DNA from: an uncultured delta proteobacterium
Lineage (GTDB): Bacteria > Myxococcota > Kuafuiibacteriia > Kuafuiibacteriales > Kuafuiibacteriaceae
NCBI GenBank assembly: GCA_963803435.1
Contig: CAWDML010000009.1
Coordinates: 1,216,001 to 1,280,000 of the forward strand
Length of the DNA: 64,000 nt
Direction of reading: 5' to 3'
This document shows, in pieces, positions 28,209 through 38,053 of this stretch (the first letter of the stretch is position 1; each line of letters opens with the position of its first letter). The notes below the pieces were generated by a model. It was not told where the DNA came from. It saw only the letters and a list, made by a program, of their open reading frames with translations, and ran no database searches. The position numbers were made by a program, and so were the translations under genes.

Positions 28209-30950
28209 ATGGGGCGCCGCATCAGCAGGAGCGAAGACGCCTCGACGAACGAGCGATGGAAGGCGTCGGAGCGCCGCCCCGGTCGGGCGGACGCGGGGCG
28301 CCGAGCCCCGCAGGCTGAGCGCCGGGCGCTCCTCGAGGAGGCCCGGCTCGCCGCCGCCCTCGGCTCCGACCCGCACAGCCGGCAGCGCCCGCTGCGGGAC
28401 GAGCTCGACCTCGTCCGCGGTCTGCTGCGAGACGTGGTGAACCGCTCGGAGGGCCCGGCGGCGCACGAGCGGATGGGACGTCTCGAGCGTCTCGCCCGAG
28501 CGGCAGCGCCCGAAGGCCCGGCCTGCGTCTCGCTGCGGTCGACCTCGGGCCCGCCCTCGCGGACGCGGGCGCTCGATCGCCTGGCAGTGGAGATCGGCCG
28601 GCTCGGGACGAGCGAGCTCAGGGACGTCGCGCACGCCTTCTCGGTCGACCTCGCCCTTCTCAACCGGGTCGAGGAGCAGCAGCGCAAGCGCTGCCTGGAC
28701 CTCCAGCCGCTGGCCCCAGCGCCTGCGCCCGCCGACTCCCTCGAAGGTGCTCTGAGCCGGATGAAGTGCGACGGCGTTCCGATCTCGGCTGCGCTCGAGC
28801 GGCTCGCCGCGATCCGCCTGACCTTCACGCTCACCGCCCACCCGACGCAGCTCCAGCGCCCGGAGCTTCTCCAGCGCTTCCGCCGCGTCTCTGACGGCCT
28901 GCTGGCGCGCGAGGGCTCTCGAACCGTCGAGGAGCTCTCCGGTCGGACCGAAGCGCTGCGCCTGGCGCTGGACGGGCTCTGGTCCACCGATCCGGTCCGC
29001 GAAGGGCGCCCCTCCGTCGCGGACGAGATCGAGGTCGCGAACGGCTACTACGAGGCGGCGCTCCTCGACGCGCTGATCCCCCTCTACGAGCGGCTCGCCT
29101 CGGCCGTCGGCAAGGTCTACGGCGTCGACCTCTCCAGCGAACAGCTGCCGCATCTGATCCGCTACGCGTCGTGGGTCGGCGGTGACGGGGACGGCAACCC
29201 GTTCGTCGACGGTGGTACGCTCCGCGGCGCCCTCAATCGAGCGCACCGGACCGTCGTTGCCCGGCATCAGCGCCGGCTGCAGGAGATCGGAGACCTACTC
29301 CGCGCCAAGCACGCCGGCCGGAGAGTCCGCCCGTCGCTGGAGATCGTCGCGCGAGCGGAGGCACGTCTTCGAGACGATCTGGAGGGTCCCCGGCGCTGCT
29401 CACTCGAGGGGCTGCGCTCCAATCTCATCGAGCTCAGAGCTGCGGTGAAGGGGCTCGATCGGCGCGCGGCGCGGACCGTCACCGCCCTGCTCCGCGAGCT
29501 CGACGCCCGAGGGCTCTACCTTCACACCGTCGACGTCCGGCAGCACGCCCGGGTCCACGCGGGGCTGCTCGACGAGCTCCGCCGGGGCGCCCCGCTCTCG
29601 GAGAGCTCTCGGCGCGCGGCCAGCGCCCTCGACGCCATCCGGGAGGTCAAGAGCGGCGACAGCCCTCAGGCCGTCGAGAGCTACATCATCAGCGGCGCCT
29701 CCAGCGCTCAGGACCTCTTCGACCTGATGGAGCTCGCCGAGCGCCACGGCGTCGACCCGCGCCGTCGCGGCGATGACCCCGGGCTCATGTTGGTCCCGCT
29801 CTTCGAGACCATCGAAGATCTGCGGCATGCGCCCAAGATCCTCGCCGAGCTCCTCGAGCATCCGGAGTACCGGGAGCTGGTTCGCTCGTGGGGAGACCGC
29901 GTTCAGATCATGGTTGGGTACTCCGACTCGAACAAGGATGGCGGCATGCTCACCAGCAACTGGGAGGTCGATCGGGCCATCTCGCGCCTGAGCGAAGTGG
30001 GCGCCGCCGCCGGGGTCGAGGTCGAGTTCTTCCACGGCAGCGGTGGGACCGTCAGCCGCGGCGGGCGCTCGATCTACGATCGGATCCGCGCCCAGCCGGC
30101 GGGTTCCTTCAGCGGCGCGCTGAAGGTCACCGAGCAGGGCGAGGTCCTGGAGTGGAAGTATTCGAGCCGGGACATCGCGTGCCGAAACCTGGAGATCGCC
30201 GTCTCTGGCGCCCTCGAGCGACTCCGAGAGAGCGACGCGATCCCCCCGAACCCGGAGCACACGGCGATCATGGACGATCTCTCACTCCGCGCCTTCGCCG
30301 CCTACCGAGCCGGGATCTACGACAATCCGGACGCGCTCGCCCTGTTCGAGCAAGCGACTCCATTCCGCCATCTCGACCGCGCCAACGCCGGCTCGCGCCC
30401 GTCGAAGCGGGGCGACCTCGCCGGGATCGACGACACCCGCGCCATCCCCTGGAACTTCGGCTGGCTGCAGGCGCGCTTCACCTTGCCCGGATGGTTCGGG
30501 GTCGGGACCGCGCTCGAGGGCTACCTCGCCGAGCACCCGGAGTCCCTTCCGATCGTCCAGTCGATGGCCAGCGAACACCCGGCGCTCCGGGCGCTCCTCT
30601 TCGATGTCTCCCAGAGCCTCGCCCAGTCCGACCTCGAGATGGCCGAACGCTACGCCGCCCTGAACGCCGATCCCGGCGCCCGGGCTCGCTTCGTCACGCT
30701 GATCCGGGACGAGCAGCAGCGGACGGTGCGCGCCCTCTCCCGGGTGATGGGCCGGGGAGACCTCATCGCGGATCGTGCGGTGCTCAAGAGCTCCATCGAT
30801 CGCCGCAGGGCCGCGCTCGACATCCTCAACGTCTGCCAGATCGAGCTCCTCCGCCGGGGCCGCGCCGGCGGAGACGCCGATCCCGAGCTCGAGTCTGCCC
30901 TGGTCTCCACGATGCAAGGGCTCTCTCAGGGGCTCCGCGGCAGCGGGTGA
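28209..30950 (+). CDS. ppc: Phosphoenolpyruvate carboxylase, divergent
   Basis: LTAHPT, SWVGGDGDGNP, VPLFET, MVGYSDSNKDGG, FHGSGGTVSRGG, VTEQGE, GSRPSKR and RAIPW. Confidence 0.85.
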   Translation: MGRRISRSEDASTNERWKASERRPGRADAGRRAPQAERRALLEEARLAAALGSDPHSRQRPLRDELDLVRGLLRDVVNRSEGPAAHERMGRLERLARAAAPEGPACVSLRSTSGPPSRTRALDRLAVEIGRLGTSELRDVAHAFSVDLALLNRVEEQQRKRCLDLQPLAPAPAPADSLEGALSRMKCDGVPISAALERLAAIRLTFTLTAHPTQLQRPELLQRFRRVSDGLLAREGSRTVEELSGRTEALRLALDGLWSTDPVREGRPSVADEIEVANGYYEAALLDALIPLYERLASAVGKVYGVDLSSEQLPHLIRYASWVGGDGDGNPFVDGGTLRGALNRAHRTVVARHQRRLQEIGDLLRAKHAGRRVRPSLEIVARAEARLRDDLEGPRRCSLEGLRSNLIELRAAVKGLDRRAARTVTALLRELDARGLYLHTVDVRQHARVHAGLLDELRRGAPLSESSRRAASALDAIREVKSGDSPQAVESYIISGASSAQDLFDLMELAERHGVDPRRRGDDPGLMLVPLFETIEDLRHAPKILAELLEHPEYRELVRSWGDRVQIMVGYSDSNKDGGMLTSNWEVDRAISRLSEVGAAAGVEVEFFHGSGGTVSRGGRSIYDRIRAQPAGSFSGALKVTEQGEVLEWKYSSRDIACRNLEIAVSGALERLRESDAIPPNPEHTAIMDDLSLRAFAAYRAGIYDNPDALALFEQATPFRHLDRANAGSRPSKRGDLAGIDDTRAIPWNFGWLQARFTLPGWFGVGTALEGYLAEHPESLPIVQSMASEHPALRALLFDVSQSLAQSDLEMAERYAALNADPGARARFVTLIRDEQQRTVRALSRVMGRGDLIADRAVLKSSIDRRRAALDILNVCQIELLRRGRAGGDADPELESALVSTMQGLSQGLRGSG

Positions 30951-31004
30951 GGTCGGTCGAAGCACCTGAACCAAGGATCGAAGGACGGATCGCGCCCGAG
31001 CAGC

Positions 31005-31582
31005 TCATGATAGAGCGAGAGTCCTGGTTCGTGGCTCGAGCGCTGGAGGGCAATGAAACCCGCCCGCGTACCCGATCGGCTGGGAGAACAGGTTTGGGTG
31101 CCCGGCGCTCGCCAGCCAGTTGGCCCGGTCGGGGAGGCGTCCCTTCAGCCGTGAGGTCAGGAGCCCGTGGGCGAGGTCCGCCCGGTCCGAGTCGTTCCGC
31201 TCGCCGGCGTGGATCAAGAGATCGATCTCGGCCTTCGCGAGGATCTCCATCCACTCGTGTCCGATGAACGCGCTGCGGGACGCGAGCAGCCGCTCGACGA
31301 GATCGATCGGCATCGTGTCGCCGGTCTCTGAATGCCGCGCGCAGAGCTGCACCACCTCCCGCGCCATGTCCCAGGCCAGGCGCCTCGGGCTCATGCCGAA
31401 GAGACCGCGCCGGCTCGACGCGAAGTGGAGCAGGTGGCCGAGCTCGTGGGCGAGGGCGAGCACGGTGTCGTAGTCGAGGAGCGGTCGACCCCCGGGCGAG
31501 CTCGGGAGGCTCGCGACGATCCACGCAGCGCGAGGCGTCGCCTCCTCGCCGTCGAAGGGAACGCCGTTCATCCAGACGCCGC
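31005..31582 (-). pseudogene. M3 (oligopeptidase A-like) metallopeptidase fragment
   Basis: GGVWM..PLLDYDTVLALAHELGHLLH..ARHSETG; N-terminus missing and internal gaps. Confidence 0.65.
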
Positions 31583-32063
31583 CTGCCACCGCAACCGGAG
31601 ATGATCCTGGTCGGCTTCCCGTAGACTCCGCCGCGGGAGATTGTGTTCGGCGTAGATGCGCGGAGCATGACCGGTGTGAGCTGCCCCCGCTCGAGGATGC
31701 CGGTCGCGACCAGCGTCCGGACGATGAGGCGCGTCGAGGCCGAGGGATGTTCTCGGCGGATGTCCAGGAGCAGCTCGACCTGGGCCGCGTTGAGACAGCG
31801 ACCGCGTCCCCGGTCCTTTCGCGGAGCCGGACGAAGCGCCTCGACGCCGCCCTTACGACAGTCGGAGAGCCAGCGCTCAAGCGTTGGCACCGAGTACGTA
31901 CGTGTCGCCTTCGCTCCAGGTGGGCGGAAGCGCTTCTTGCTGAGCGCCTCCAGCTCAGCCTTCAGCGGGCCGTGCTCGAGCTCGCAGCGCGCGATGCCTC
32001 CGATGATCTCCGCACGGAAGTGCGCGACCTCCTCGCCAGGGTCCTGGGTTTCAGATCGTCCAT
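31583..32063 (-). pseudogene. N-terminal remnant of a DDE transposase related to the 17660 type
   Basis: EEVAHFRAEIIG..YSVPTLERWL..GGVEALRP..RKDRG..LLLDIRREHP..RLRWQA; frameshifted and truncated before the catalytic domain. Confidence 0.7.
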
Positions 32064-32951
32064 TCGGTTCTCCTGTTCTGCGGCGCTTCCCCTTGCGACG
32101 CAGAGAGACCTTCCGAGGATGAGCCGGGCCTGTGCTGTGGACCTACGTGGTGGGCGGCGCTTCCTCCGTGATCATGCGGCGCTCGCCATCATCGCTCCGT
32201 CCATCGCTGACACTCCGATGATGGTGGTGGTGAGCGCGGAATGCGCCGCCAGCGAGCGGCCGATAGACTCCGCGGCCCGGCGTCGCGAGAGATCCCGTGG
32301 AGGGCGGAGGAGTCGGCCAAAGAGTCGTCCGGTCCGGATCTGATCAATCCATCGCGGGAGTGTCCGCCACCGGAGTTCGGCGTCGAGACCATGCTCCTTC
32401 CTCGGGCTTACGGCTTCCCGAACACACGGTTAAACTTCTCGCCGTCTTGCACCCTCCGGCAGCCGTCGCCGCCGGCGCGTGCTATCCTCAGGTTCGAGGC
32501 CATTTCGACGGCTTCGAGATAGTCGAAGCGTTCTACGACGCCTCCACTCGGACGGATGCCCTTGAGAGTTCCTACCCAGCTCATCACCATCCTTTTGGTG
32601 ATGATCATGCGGACCTCCGGTGCGCGGGCAGAGCATGGTCCGCTCTCTCTCACGGTGGGTGCACGTGGCTTTGGGTTTCTCTTTGACGCTCCTCCAGACT
32701 TCGCCGGGGGCCCAGGCATCTCGGTCGGTCTCCTCGCATTTGAATACCTGCGAATTGATGCGCCGGTAGCGAGGCCCAGCCGCGGCGCCGAGCCGGTGTC
32801 CGAAACGCGCGTTGCGGGATAGGACGTGATGTCCTCGGGATCCCACCGCACCATCGTCGTCCCCGTTGATCTCTCGCCCGTCTCGAAGGTCGCGTTCGAG
32901 GCGGCGTGAGCTCGCCAGGCGTCGCAGACCGCGACTTCGGCGTGGTCCGGA

Positions 32952-33650
32952 TCACTTGGGGATGGTGAGCCCGCGGATCACGGCGGGACGAGCGCGGAAG
33001 CTCTCCAGAACCCGACCCACCTCGCGGAAGTCGGAGAAGCCCACCAGGTCGCCGGCGTCGTAGAAGCCGAGCAGGTTGTTGATCCAGGGAAAGACGGCGA
33101 TGTCTGCGATGGAGAAGTCGTCGTCCATGATCCAGGCTCGGCCTTCGAGATGCCCGTTCAGGACCTCGAGCAACCGCTTGGACTCGCCGACATAGCGATC
33201 GCGCGGGCGCTTGTCGTCGTAGTGCTTGCCGGCGAACTTGTGGAAGAAGCCCAGCTGCCCGAACATGGGGCCGATCCCGCCCATCTGGAACATCAGCCAC
33301 TGGATGGCCTGGTACCTGCGGCCCGGATCGCTCGGCAGCAGCTGGCCGGTCTTGTCCGCCAGGTAGAGCAGGATGGCGCCGGACTCGAACAGCGGCAGGG
33401 GCCTGCCGCCCGGCCCATCGGGGTCGATGATGGCGGGGATCTTGTTGTTGGGGTTGAGGGAGAGGAACTCGGGTGACATCTGCTCCTGCTTCGAGAGGTC
33501 GACCTTGTGCACCTCGTAGGGGAGGCCGGTCTCCTCCAGGCAGATGGCCACCTTCACCCCGTTGGGGGTGGAGAGGGAGTAGAGCTGGAGGCGATCGGGA
33601 TGGCGCGGAGGCCACCTGTGGGTGATGGGAAAGGAGGACAGATCGACCAT
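32952..33650 (-). CDS. Glutathione S-transferase, YfcG/Nu-class-like
   Basis: YSLSTPNGVK, NPNNKIPAI, LFESGAIL, QWLMFQMGGIGP and SIADIA. Confidence 0.93.
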   Translation of the reverse strand: MVDLSSFPITHRWPPRHPDRLQLYSLSTPNGVKVAICLEETGLPYEVHKVDLSKQEQMSPEFLSLNPNNKIPAIIDPDGPGGRPLPLFESGAILLYLADKTGQLLPSDPGRRYQAIQWLMFQMGGIGPMFGQLGFFHKFAGKHYDDKRPRDRYVGESKRLLEVLNGHLEGRAWIMDDDFSIADIAVFPWINNLLGFYDAGDLVGFSDFREVGRVLESFRARPAVIRGLTIPK

Positions 33651-33775
33651 GTCTCTCTCTCTCTCCTAGGTGATCTTCTTCTTCAGGCCCAGCAGCATCT
33701 CCGTTCTGGATCTTGCGCTTCCGTGTGCGAGTAAGTGCCATTTACTGGCCTTCGGTTCGACGCTATGGCCTCCAC

Positions 33776-35236
33776 ATGCGCGTACTCGCGTTCGTGGAGA
33801 TTGTCGGGCTCTCGCTCATGTGGGGATCTGCGGCCACCGCCCAGATCCCGAAGGCGTACTTCGGATTGCTCCACGCCCACACGTGGTACTCCGACGGCAG
33901 CGGCACGCCGGACGAGGCGTACGCCCGGGCCAAGACCAAGGGCCTCGACTTCTTCGCCGTCACGCCCCACAACCACGCGGAGGCCGAGTCGGGCGCGAAG
34001 GAGCGGAAGGACGGGGTCCTGATCGCCACCCGCCACGAGCTCTACGACGGGGCCAGCGACCTGACCTTCGAGCGACGATGGAAGGATCATGGAGAGTCGA
34101 AGCACCAGCGCTTCACCGGCCAGAAATCGGTCATCCGGGCCGCGAACGAGCGTACGGACGCCCACTTCGCCGCGCTCTACGGGCAGGAGTTCTCGACGAT
34201 CTCCAGCGGCAACCACGTGAACGTGCTCGACTACCCCCACGTCCTGACGCTGTCGAGCGGCGACTTCCGTCCGCTGTACCAGATGCTCGCGGCGAGCGGC
34301 GTGGCCTACGTGGTGCAGCTCAACCACCCCGACGTTCACACCGATCTCTTCTACTCCGGCAACGACCCCAAGACGAAGAGCCAGATGTACAACGACTACG
34401 GATTCGACGAGTACCAGCAGGACTTCGCGCTGCTGGTGGCGGCCGCGGATCCTTTCGTGATGTTGTGCGAGCTCTTCAGCGGTCCGGCGATGAAGCAGCA
34501 GCGCATCGCCGGGTACCACTATGAGGACCACGAGGACGACTACTACTTCTACCTGGTCCAGGGCTTCCACATCAGCCCTTCCGCGGGGGAGGACAATCAT
34601 TACGCCACCTGGGGAGACGTCACGGATGCACGCATGGGCGTCTACGCCAAGAAGGGAACCGCCGGAGATCTTCTGGAGGCGATGCGTGCGAATCGAACGT
34701 TCGCGTCCGAGGACGAGGACCTGTCGGTCATGCTCAGGATCAACAGCCAGGAGATGGGGAGCGTCCTCACGCTCCCCGCCGACGCGCCGCTCGACATCCG
34801 GGTGGAGATCTCCGATGCCGACGAGCCCTCCGCCGACTACGATGTGACGCTCGTGTATGGCGACGTGGCGGCGGCGAATCGTACCAACCTGGTGGAGTGG
34901 CGCGCGAAGGATGGCGAGCTCGAGGAAGCCTCTCGCCACGGGAATGGCGCGGTGCAGCTCACCGGATATCTCGCGTCCGGGCGGCCCGAATTCTTCTATG
35001 CCCGGATCACTCAGAACGGGGGTCAGCGCGCCTTCACGGCTCCGGTATGGATCAACCATCCGCGCCCGGAGAGCGGCGCAGGGTACGTGTGGTCGAAGAA
35101 ATCGAAGAGCAAGCTCTATCACGACTCCACGTGTAAGGTGGTGCAGATGATCAGCCCGGCGAACCTCGTCACCGGCACTCCGCCTGCGGGCTGGAGGAAG
35201 CACGACTGCAAGCTCGTCGAGACGGACGGGCACTGA
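33776..35236 (+). CDS. Secreted PHP-domain metallohydrolase (CehA/McbA-like) with a C-terminal Ada-metal-binding-like motif
   Basis: LHAHTWYSDG, TPHNH, GQEFS..NHVNV, LNHP and EDNH; tail YVWSKKSKSKLYHDSTC. Confidence 0.8.
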   Translation: MRVLAFVEIVGLSLMWGSAATAQIPKAYFGLLHAHTWYSDGSGTPDEAYARAKTKGLDFFAVTPHNHAEAESGAKERKDGVLIATRHELYDGASDLTFERRWKDHGESKHQRFTGQKSVIRAANERTDAHFAALYGQEFSTISSGNHVNVLDYPHVLTLSSGDFRPLYQMLAASGVAYVVQLNHPDVHTDLFYSGNDPKTKSQMYNDYGFDEYQQDFALLVAAADPFVMLCELFSGPAMKQQRIAGYHYEDHEDDYYFYLVQGFHISPSAGEDNHYATWGDVTDARMGVYAKKGTAGDLLEAMRANRTFASEDEDLSVMLRINSQEMGSVLTLPADAPLDIRVEISDADEPSADYDVTLVYGDVAAANRTNLVEWRAKDGELEEASRHGNGAVQLTGYLASGRPEFFYARITQNGGQRAFTAPVWINHPRPESGAGYVWSKKSKSKLYHDSTCKVVQMISPANLVTGTPPAGWRKHDCKLVETDGH

Positions 35237-35256
35237 TTGATCGGTCGAGTGGGAAC

Positions 35257-35775
35257 ATGATGTTCGAGACCGAAAAGGCACGCTGCGTCGTGCGCGTGTT
35301 TCGTGAGGGGCTCCTGGCCACCGTCGGCCACGATCTCCTCCTCGAGGTGACGGACTTCCACCTGACCGTCGCGGAGGATCGGTCGGTCCAGGCCGAGGGT
35401 CGCGCCGACAGCCTCGAGGTGCTCGGGGCGGTGAAGAACGGCGCCGTCGACACCCGGGCGCTCTCCGCGGACGACCTGCGCACGATCAAGAAGGACATGG
35501 ACAAGCAGGTGCTCGAGGTCTCGCGCCATCCCCAGGTGACGTTCCGCTCGACCTCGGTGACCGAGAGCGGCAGCCGCTACCGGGTCTCGGGCCTTCTCAC
35601 GCTCCACGGCTCCGAGCAGCGCGTGGAGGTGACCGTCGAGACGAGCCCGCGCGAGGCGGTGGCGAAGATGACGGTCCACCAGCCCAGCTTCGGCATCAAG
35701 CCGTTCCGCGCCATGCTGGGCGCGCTCAAGATCAAGCCGGACGTCATCGTCGAGGTGACGGTTCCGATCGCCTGA
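35257..35775 (+). CDS. YceI-family protein
   Basis: VLEVSRHPQVTFRS, SGLLTLHG and FGIKPF. Confidence 0.85.
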   Translation: MMFETEKARCVVRVFREGLLATVGHDLLLEVTDFHLTVAEDRSVQAEGRADSLEVLGAVKNGAVDTRALSADDLRTIKKDMDKQVLEVSRHPQVTFRSTSVTESGSRYRVSGLLTLHGSEQRVEVTVETSPREAVAKMTVHQPSFGIKPFRAMLGALKIKPDVIVEVTVPIA

Positions 35776-35872
35776 CGAGCTCCGGCCGCGTCTACCGCAC
35801 CACGACGTCGTGATGAGCGATGATCGCGCACATCACCTCTTGCTGCTCAGGCTCCCGGGACGTTGTGCTTCT

Positions 35873-36268
35873 TCAGGCACCGCAGGATCTGATCGCCTGC
35901 GGCCATGAAGCCACCAGGGCGAGGACGTCCCGCAGCCGCTCCAGCGAGCTCCGGAAGCCCACCCGCTCGAGGAGATAGGCGCCGAGGACCGCCTCGAGCG
36001 TGTTCCCCAGCGCGATCCCGACGGCGACGCCGCCGGAGGCGCCCTGCCAGAGGTTGGCCACCAGAGCGCCGAGCGCGATCCCCGGCCAGACCTGCCGCCC
36101 CATGACCACGAGCGTGGCGAGCGCGATCCCGGTGGGGGGCCAGACCAGGGTCGCGAACCCGGCGGCCGGATCCAACATGAGACCGAGGCGAGCGGTGGCG
36201 ACATAGACCGCCGCCAGCAGGGGGATCAGAAGAGCGCTTCGCGCCGCGACGGTCCTTTCGGCGATCAT
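35873..36268 (-). pseudogene. Truncated MASE1-domain sensor (membrane domain only)
   Basis: YVATARLGL..TLVWPPTGIALA..GNTLEA..LERLRDV, then an abrupt end. Confidence 0.7.
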
Positions 36269-36558
36269 CTCGGTCTCACGGGTCCACGTCAGCCGAAGAT
36301 GTGAGCGACTTGCCCAGGAGTCCACGGAAATCTGGGTCGAGGCGCGCGTGCAGGCTGTGCCGGACTCGAGCCGAGCACATCTCGGCGCTGCCGGTCGGGC
36401 GTGCAATCCGCGCCGATCAAGCCACCGGGACGCGCTCGACTTCCGTCGAACATCGTCCGGCCTGCGTCCGGATTCCGAACGACGTCCGAAATCCGGCGGA
36501 CGACCTTAGACACGTCCTTCGTCCCCGCCCGGCACGGGCCGTGCTCGAGCGGCGGAGG

Positions 36559-36921
36559 ATGCCGAGCCCCACCCAGCTCTTCGGCTTCGCGCGCGAACGG
36601 ATGGCGGCCGAGCTCCTGGAAGAGCAGGGCTACCGGATCGAGGCCCGGAACTGGCGCGGCGCGCACGGAGAGATCGATCTGATCGCCTGGGAGGGCGATC
36701 TGCTCTGCTTCGTCGAGGTGCGCGCCCGGACCCGCGAGGACTTCGGGCTCCCCGAAGAGACCGTCGATCGCAGGAAGCAGCGGAAGATCATCCGCGCGGC
36801 GCTCGCCTATCTCATCCAGTTTCCACCGCGCGGGATGCCGATGGCCCGCTTCGACGTGGTGGCGATCCTCGACGGCGTTCCGACGCTGATCCGCAACGCG
36901 TTCGATTGCGGTCGGGGGTGA
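36559..36921 (+). CDS. yraN: YraN family (UPF0102) protein
   Basis: GYRIEARNWR..GEIDLI..FVEVRAR..RFDVVAI..NAF; GGAGG RBS. Confidence 0.9.
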   Translation: MPSPTQLFGFARERMAAELLEEQGYRIEARNWRGAHGEIDLIAWEGDLLCFVEVRARTREDFGLPEETVDRRKQRKIIRAALAYLIQFPPRGMPMARFDVVAILDGVPTLIRNAFDCGRG

Positions 36922-36923
36922 GG

Positions 36924-37973
36924 CTACTCGTCGGTAAGGAGGCGCTTCAGCTCGGCGCGGATGATCGTCTCCGCGAGCTCGGGGACCACCTCCCAGGCGA
37001 TGCGTTCGATGATCTCGCGGGCCATCGCCGTCATCTGGGCCTCGTCCACGCCGGGCACGGCCTGCGCCGCGGCACGGGCGACAGCCGGCGCGGCGAGCTC
37101 GGCCACGCGGGCGACGGCTCGGCGCGGCGGCGGCGGATCGAAGGCGGCCTGCGGCATCTCCTCCATCGGCATGTCGTCGATGGCGATCTCCTCGATGGGA
37201 TCGTCGGCGCCCGGCGGCGGTCCCGCGTCGGGGGCGCGCTGGACCTCTTCATCGAGCGCCCAGACGTCGACCTTGCGCCGGTGGCGGCTGGGCGGCGGCG
37301 GCGGATCGAGGGAGGGGCCCACGGCATGCTCGTCCACCGGCTCCTCGATCACGACGTCGTCGAGGCTCCCGCCCATCCCGGCGCCGCGCGTCACCTGGGA
37401 GCTGGGTACGGCCTTGGCCAGGGGCGGCGGCCGCGCCGGCGGCGGTCGCGCCGGCGAACGATCCGGGATCGGCGCAGCGAAGGGCGATGCCGGCGGCGCC
37501 TGTCCGTTGCTCGGCGCGGCCACATGGAGTGCCGGCTCGGGCTCGCTCTTCTCGCCTCGCTTGGCGAGCGTGGCGGCGAAGCTCTGCGGGACACCGTTGT
37601 CGAGCGGGAGCCCGATCTTCGACTTCACGAGATCGATGAGCGTCTGGGTGTCCCAGGGCTTGTCGATGTGGCCGTCGGCGCGAGCCTCCTCGCCACGGCC
37701 GGCGTCGAAGGGATCGAACTTGCTCGCCAGCAGCACGACAGGAATGCGGCCGGACGCCGAGCCTGCCTTGACGGCATTGCACAAGGCATAGCCGTCGGTG
37801 CCGGGCATGGAAGCATCGGCGAGGATCAGATCGGGTCGGATCTCGGCGATCGACTTGAGCGCCTGATCGGCGTTGTCGACGGAGACGACCTGAAAGTCGG
37901 TCGTGCGGAACGTCAGCTCGACGGCCCGACGGATCGTCCTGCTGTCGTCCGCCACGAGGATGGTCTTGCCCAT
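36924..37973 (-). CDS. romR: RomR-like polarity response regulator (receiver, Pro-rich linker, conserved C-terminal helix)
   Basis: ILVADDS..DASMPGTDGY receiver domain; C-terminal REIIERIAWEVVPELAETIIRAEL matches the myxobacterial RomR terminus. Confidence 0.8.
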   Translation of the reverse strand: MGKTILVADDSRTIRRAVELTFRTTDFQVVSVDNADQALKSIAEIRPDLILADASMPGTDGYALCNAVKAGSASGRIPVVLLASKFDPFDAGRGEEARADGHIDKPWDTQTLIDLVKSKIGLPLDNGVPQSFAATLAKRGEKSEPEPALHVAAPSNGQAPPASPFAAPIPDRSPARPPPARPPPLAKAVPSSQVTRGAGMGGSLDDVVIEEPVDEHAVGPSLDPPPPPSRHRRKVDVWALDEEVQRAPDAGPPPGADDPIEEIAIDDMPMEEMPQAAFDPPPPRRAVARVAELAAPAVARAAAQAVPGVDEAQMTAMAREIIERIAWEVVPELAETIIRAELKRLLTDE

Positions 37974-38053
37974 GAGAGCTCTAGAAGTCGCCAAAATCCG
38001 GCGCGTTAGACCGGACCTTCCATCTCGGCGGGTAACACGGGACCGACAGCCAA

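Noticed and set aside
32200-32940. Short ORFs upstream of the transposase remnant
   Set aside because: No motifs or RBS support; left unannotated.
36400-36530. Repeated CGTCCG motifs upstream of yraN as an ncRNA or operator array
   Set aside because: Short GC-rich words with irregular spacing that cannot be told from background by eye.
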